From an uncultured Chloroflexia bacterium (GTDB taxonomy: Bacteria; Chloroflexota; Limnocylindria; Limnocylindrales; CSP1-4): 64,000 nt of DNA. The first letter of the stretch is position 1; every line of letters begins with the position of its first letter. The notes under the pieces were generated by a model, which saw nothing but the letters and a program-made list of their open reading frames with translations, had not been told where the DNA came from and searched no databases. This document shows positions 61,867-64,000 of this stretch, in pieces. The translations under genes and the position numbers were made by a program. Location of the stretch: contig CAWHDR010000001.1 in assembly GCA_963828165.1 (NCBI GenBank), positions 1,088,001 through 1,152,000 on the forward strand, in the 5' to 3' direction.

Positions 61867-62307
61867 TCAGCGCCGACGTCGACGCGGCGGCCGGCGACCG
61901 CCGCGTCGACGGATCGTGGCTTCCGGGTCCGCGAACTTCTGCTTCGTGTAGTAGCGCTGCCGGGCGAGCCGCTGCTCATGGGCGCGCAGCAGCGGCGGGA
62001 AGCGGACGAACCGGATCCAGACGAGCGTGCCAAGCCCGATGACCGCGGTCGCGAGCACCAGGATGAAGTCGAAGATGAAGAGCGACTCGATCATCAACAA
62101 GGCGAAGGTGATCAGCCCGGTCCACCACAGCCACTCCCACATGTCCACGAACGGGGCGTGCTTGTGGAGCGCCCGGGTGCGAACGTTGTAGAGGACGATG
62201 AGCACGATCAGCAGGATCCCGGAAGCGATCCACGTGGGGTGGAACAGGTCCGGGAACAGCTCGCTGGTGAACGACGTGAACAGGTACTCCCAGGGCGGCA
62301 GCGTCAC
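61867..62307 (-). CDS. Membrane protein (about 3 TM)
   Basis: Hydrophobic segments and basic tail; GTG start. Confidence 0.7.
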   Translation of the reverse strand: MTLPPWEYLFTSFTSELFPDLFHPTWIASGILLIVLIVLYNVRTRALHKHAPFVDMWEWLWWTGLITFALLMIESLFIFDFILVLATAVIGLGTLVWIRFVRFPPLLRAHEQRLARQRYYTKQKFADPEATIRRRGGRRPPRRRRR

Positions 62308-62497
62308 ATGGGACCTCGCGAGGGGTGGTGATCGGTCCGGCGAGGGACGGCACACGTGGCCGATGCCGCTCGACGGTCCCGGGAGTATGCCATGTCGGAC
62401 GCTATACTTCGGCCGCGACGCGCCCGTGGTCCGCCCGCCCGCCCAGGACGGCGTGGAAGCAGCCGCTGCGTCGCTGTCGGATCCGCGTGGATGGAGG

Positions 62498-64000
62498 ATG
62501 CCCCGGTTGCGAGCCCTGCTGTCAGTCGCGAACCGGGAGGGGATCGCCGCGCTCGCGCGGGACCTGCAGGGCCTCGACGTGGAGATCGTGGCCACCGACG
62601 GCACGCGCGAATTCCTGGCCGGTGAGGGCGTGGAGGTCGGCAGCGTGTCCGACCTCACGCAGGTGCCACCGCTCGTCGGTGGACAGGTCAAGACCTTCCA
62701 CCCGGCCGTGTACGCAGGCATCCTCGCGCGGCGCGACGTGCCCGAGCAGCTGGCCGAGCTCGAGGCACAGGGCATCGGCCCGATCGACATCGTGGTCGTC
62801 AACGTCAAACCGTTCGCGCCGGAGGTCGGCGCGAAGCTCGTCGGACTCGACGAGGCCATCGAGATGATCGATGTCGGCGGTGCGGCGCTCCTCGGCGCAG
62901 CCGCACGCAACGCGGCCGGGGTGACGGCCGTCGCCGATCCGGCCCACTACCCGACGGTCGTCGAGGAGTTGCGGGCGCTCGGGCACACGAGCCCGGAGCT
63001 GCGGGCACGCCTGGCGGCCGAGGCGTTCAGCACGGTCGCGGCCTATCACGCCGAGATCGCCGCCTACCTCAACCAGATCTCCGGCAACGTCTTCCCGAGC
63101 CGGCTCGCGATGGTGCTCGAGAAGGTGGACGAGCTGCGCTACGGCGAGAACCCGCACCAGCGAGCGGCGTTCTACCGCGAGACGACGCACCGCAGCGGCA
63201 CCCTCGCCGATGCCGGCCAGCTCCAGGGCGGCCGCCCGTCGTTCAACAACCTGCTCGACCTCGATGCCGCGTATCGCATCGCCCGGGACTACACCGCCCC
63301 GACGGTCACGATCGTCAAGCACACGGACCCGGTCGGGCTGGCGTCGCACGAAGAGCTCGTCGAGGCCTACCGGCACGCGCTCGAGACCGATCCCGTCGCG
63401 TCCTTCGGCGGCATCGTCGGGGTGAACCGCGAGATGGATGGAGCGACCGCCCGCGAGATCGCGGCCAACTCGTACGAGGCGGTCGTCGCGCCGTCGTACA
63501 GCGCGGCTGCCCTCAAGATCCTGCAGGCCAAGGCCGGGCTGGAGATCCTCGCCGTGCCACCCGATCCCACGGAAGGCATGCGCGACTACGGCATCGCGAA
63601 CCTGGACTTCAAACGCGTCGCGGGCGGCCTGCTGGTCGAGGACCTCGACGACCTGGCGCTCGATCGCGGCAACCTGCAAGTCGTCACCCGCCGCCGACCG
63701 ACGCTCGAGGAGCTCACCGACCTGCTGTTCGCGTGGCGCGCGGTGCGCCACGTGCGATCGAACGCGATCATCCTGGCCCGCAACGGCGCGACCGTGGGGA
63801 TCGGCGCCGGCCAGGCGTCGCGGGGGGTGTCGGTCGAGATCGCGCTCCGGCGGGCCGGCGACCGGTCCAAGCTGGCCGTCATGGCCGCGGACGCGTACTT
63901 CCCGTTCCCGGACGGCATCCAGCTGGCGGCCTCGGCCGGCGTGACGGCGATCATCCAGCCCGGCGGCTCCATCCGCGACGAGATGGCGATCGAGGTCGCC
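62498..64000 (+). CDS. purH: Bifunctional AICAR transformylase/IMP cyclohydrolase, 3' truncated by window
   Basis: RALLSV, VKTFHP, IDVGG, LRYGENPHQ, SFNNLLD, IIQPGGSIRD; GGAGG RBS, ATG 62498. Confidence 0.95.
   Translation, partial: MPRLRALLSVANREGIAALARDLQGLDVEIVATDGTREFLAGEGVEVGSVSDLTQVPPLVGGQVKTFHPAVYAGILARRDVPEQLAELEAQGIGPIDIVVVNVKPFAPEVGAKLVGLDEAIEMIDVGGAALLGAAARNAAGVTAVADPAHYPTVVEELRALGHTSPELRARLAAEAFSTVAAYHAEIAAYLNQISGNVFPSRLAMVLEKVDELRYGENPHQRAAFYRETTHRSGTLADAGQLQGGRPSFNNLLDLDAAYRIARDYTAPTVTIVKHTDPVGLASHEELVEAYRHALETDPVASFGGIVGVNREMDGATAREIAANSYEAVVAPSYSAAALKILQAKAGLEILAVPPDPTEGMRDYGIANLDFKRVAGGLLVEDLDDLALDRGNLQVVTRRRPTLEELTDLLFAWRAVRHVRSNAIILARNGATVGIGAGQASRGVSVEIALRRAGDRSKLAVMAADAYFPFPDGIQLAASAGVTAIIQPGGSIRDEMAIEVA

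Overview
High-GC (~70% by eye) bacterial chromosome segment. Gene content and style suggest Chloroflexota, possibly Limnocylindria/Ellin6529 (inference). Mostly housekeeping and accessory genes: DUF885 (partial), a divergent HisA-like barrel, two cyclophilins, a STAND-LuxR regulator, AraC/VOC/DUF1801 and ArsR/MFS/GNAT modules, an NYN-holB-acyP operon, a liv ABC transporter, hpt, csoR plus an orphan kinase, rsmG, a KimA-like/USP/TrkA-TrkA cluster, an hspR-lon-dnaJ-clpB operon, a vWA lipoprotein and purH (partial). The main structural finding is a decayed 8.66-kb element at tRNA-Arg(CCG), bounded by an exact 21-bp direct repeat. Its att core lies in frame inside a probable recombinase C-terminus, so excision would swap the protein tail, and an HNH/cos-like phage remnant sits next to attR. 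Other observations: a promoter- and terminator-bounded structured sRNA candidate at ~2.25-2.42 kb, several operators readable from sequence, pervasive leaderless gene starts, and an NYN nuclease with a ~480-aa charge-blocked disordered tail. Several isolated frameshifts are probably sequencing indels. All family assignments come from motif recognition by eye, not database searches.
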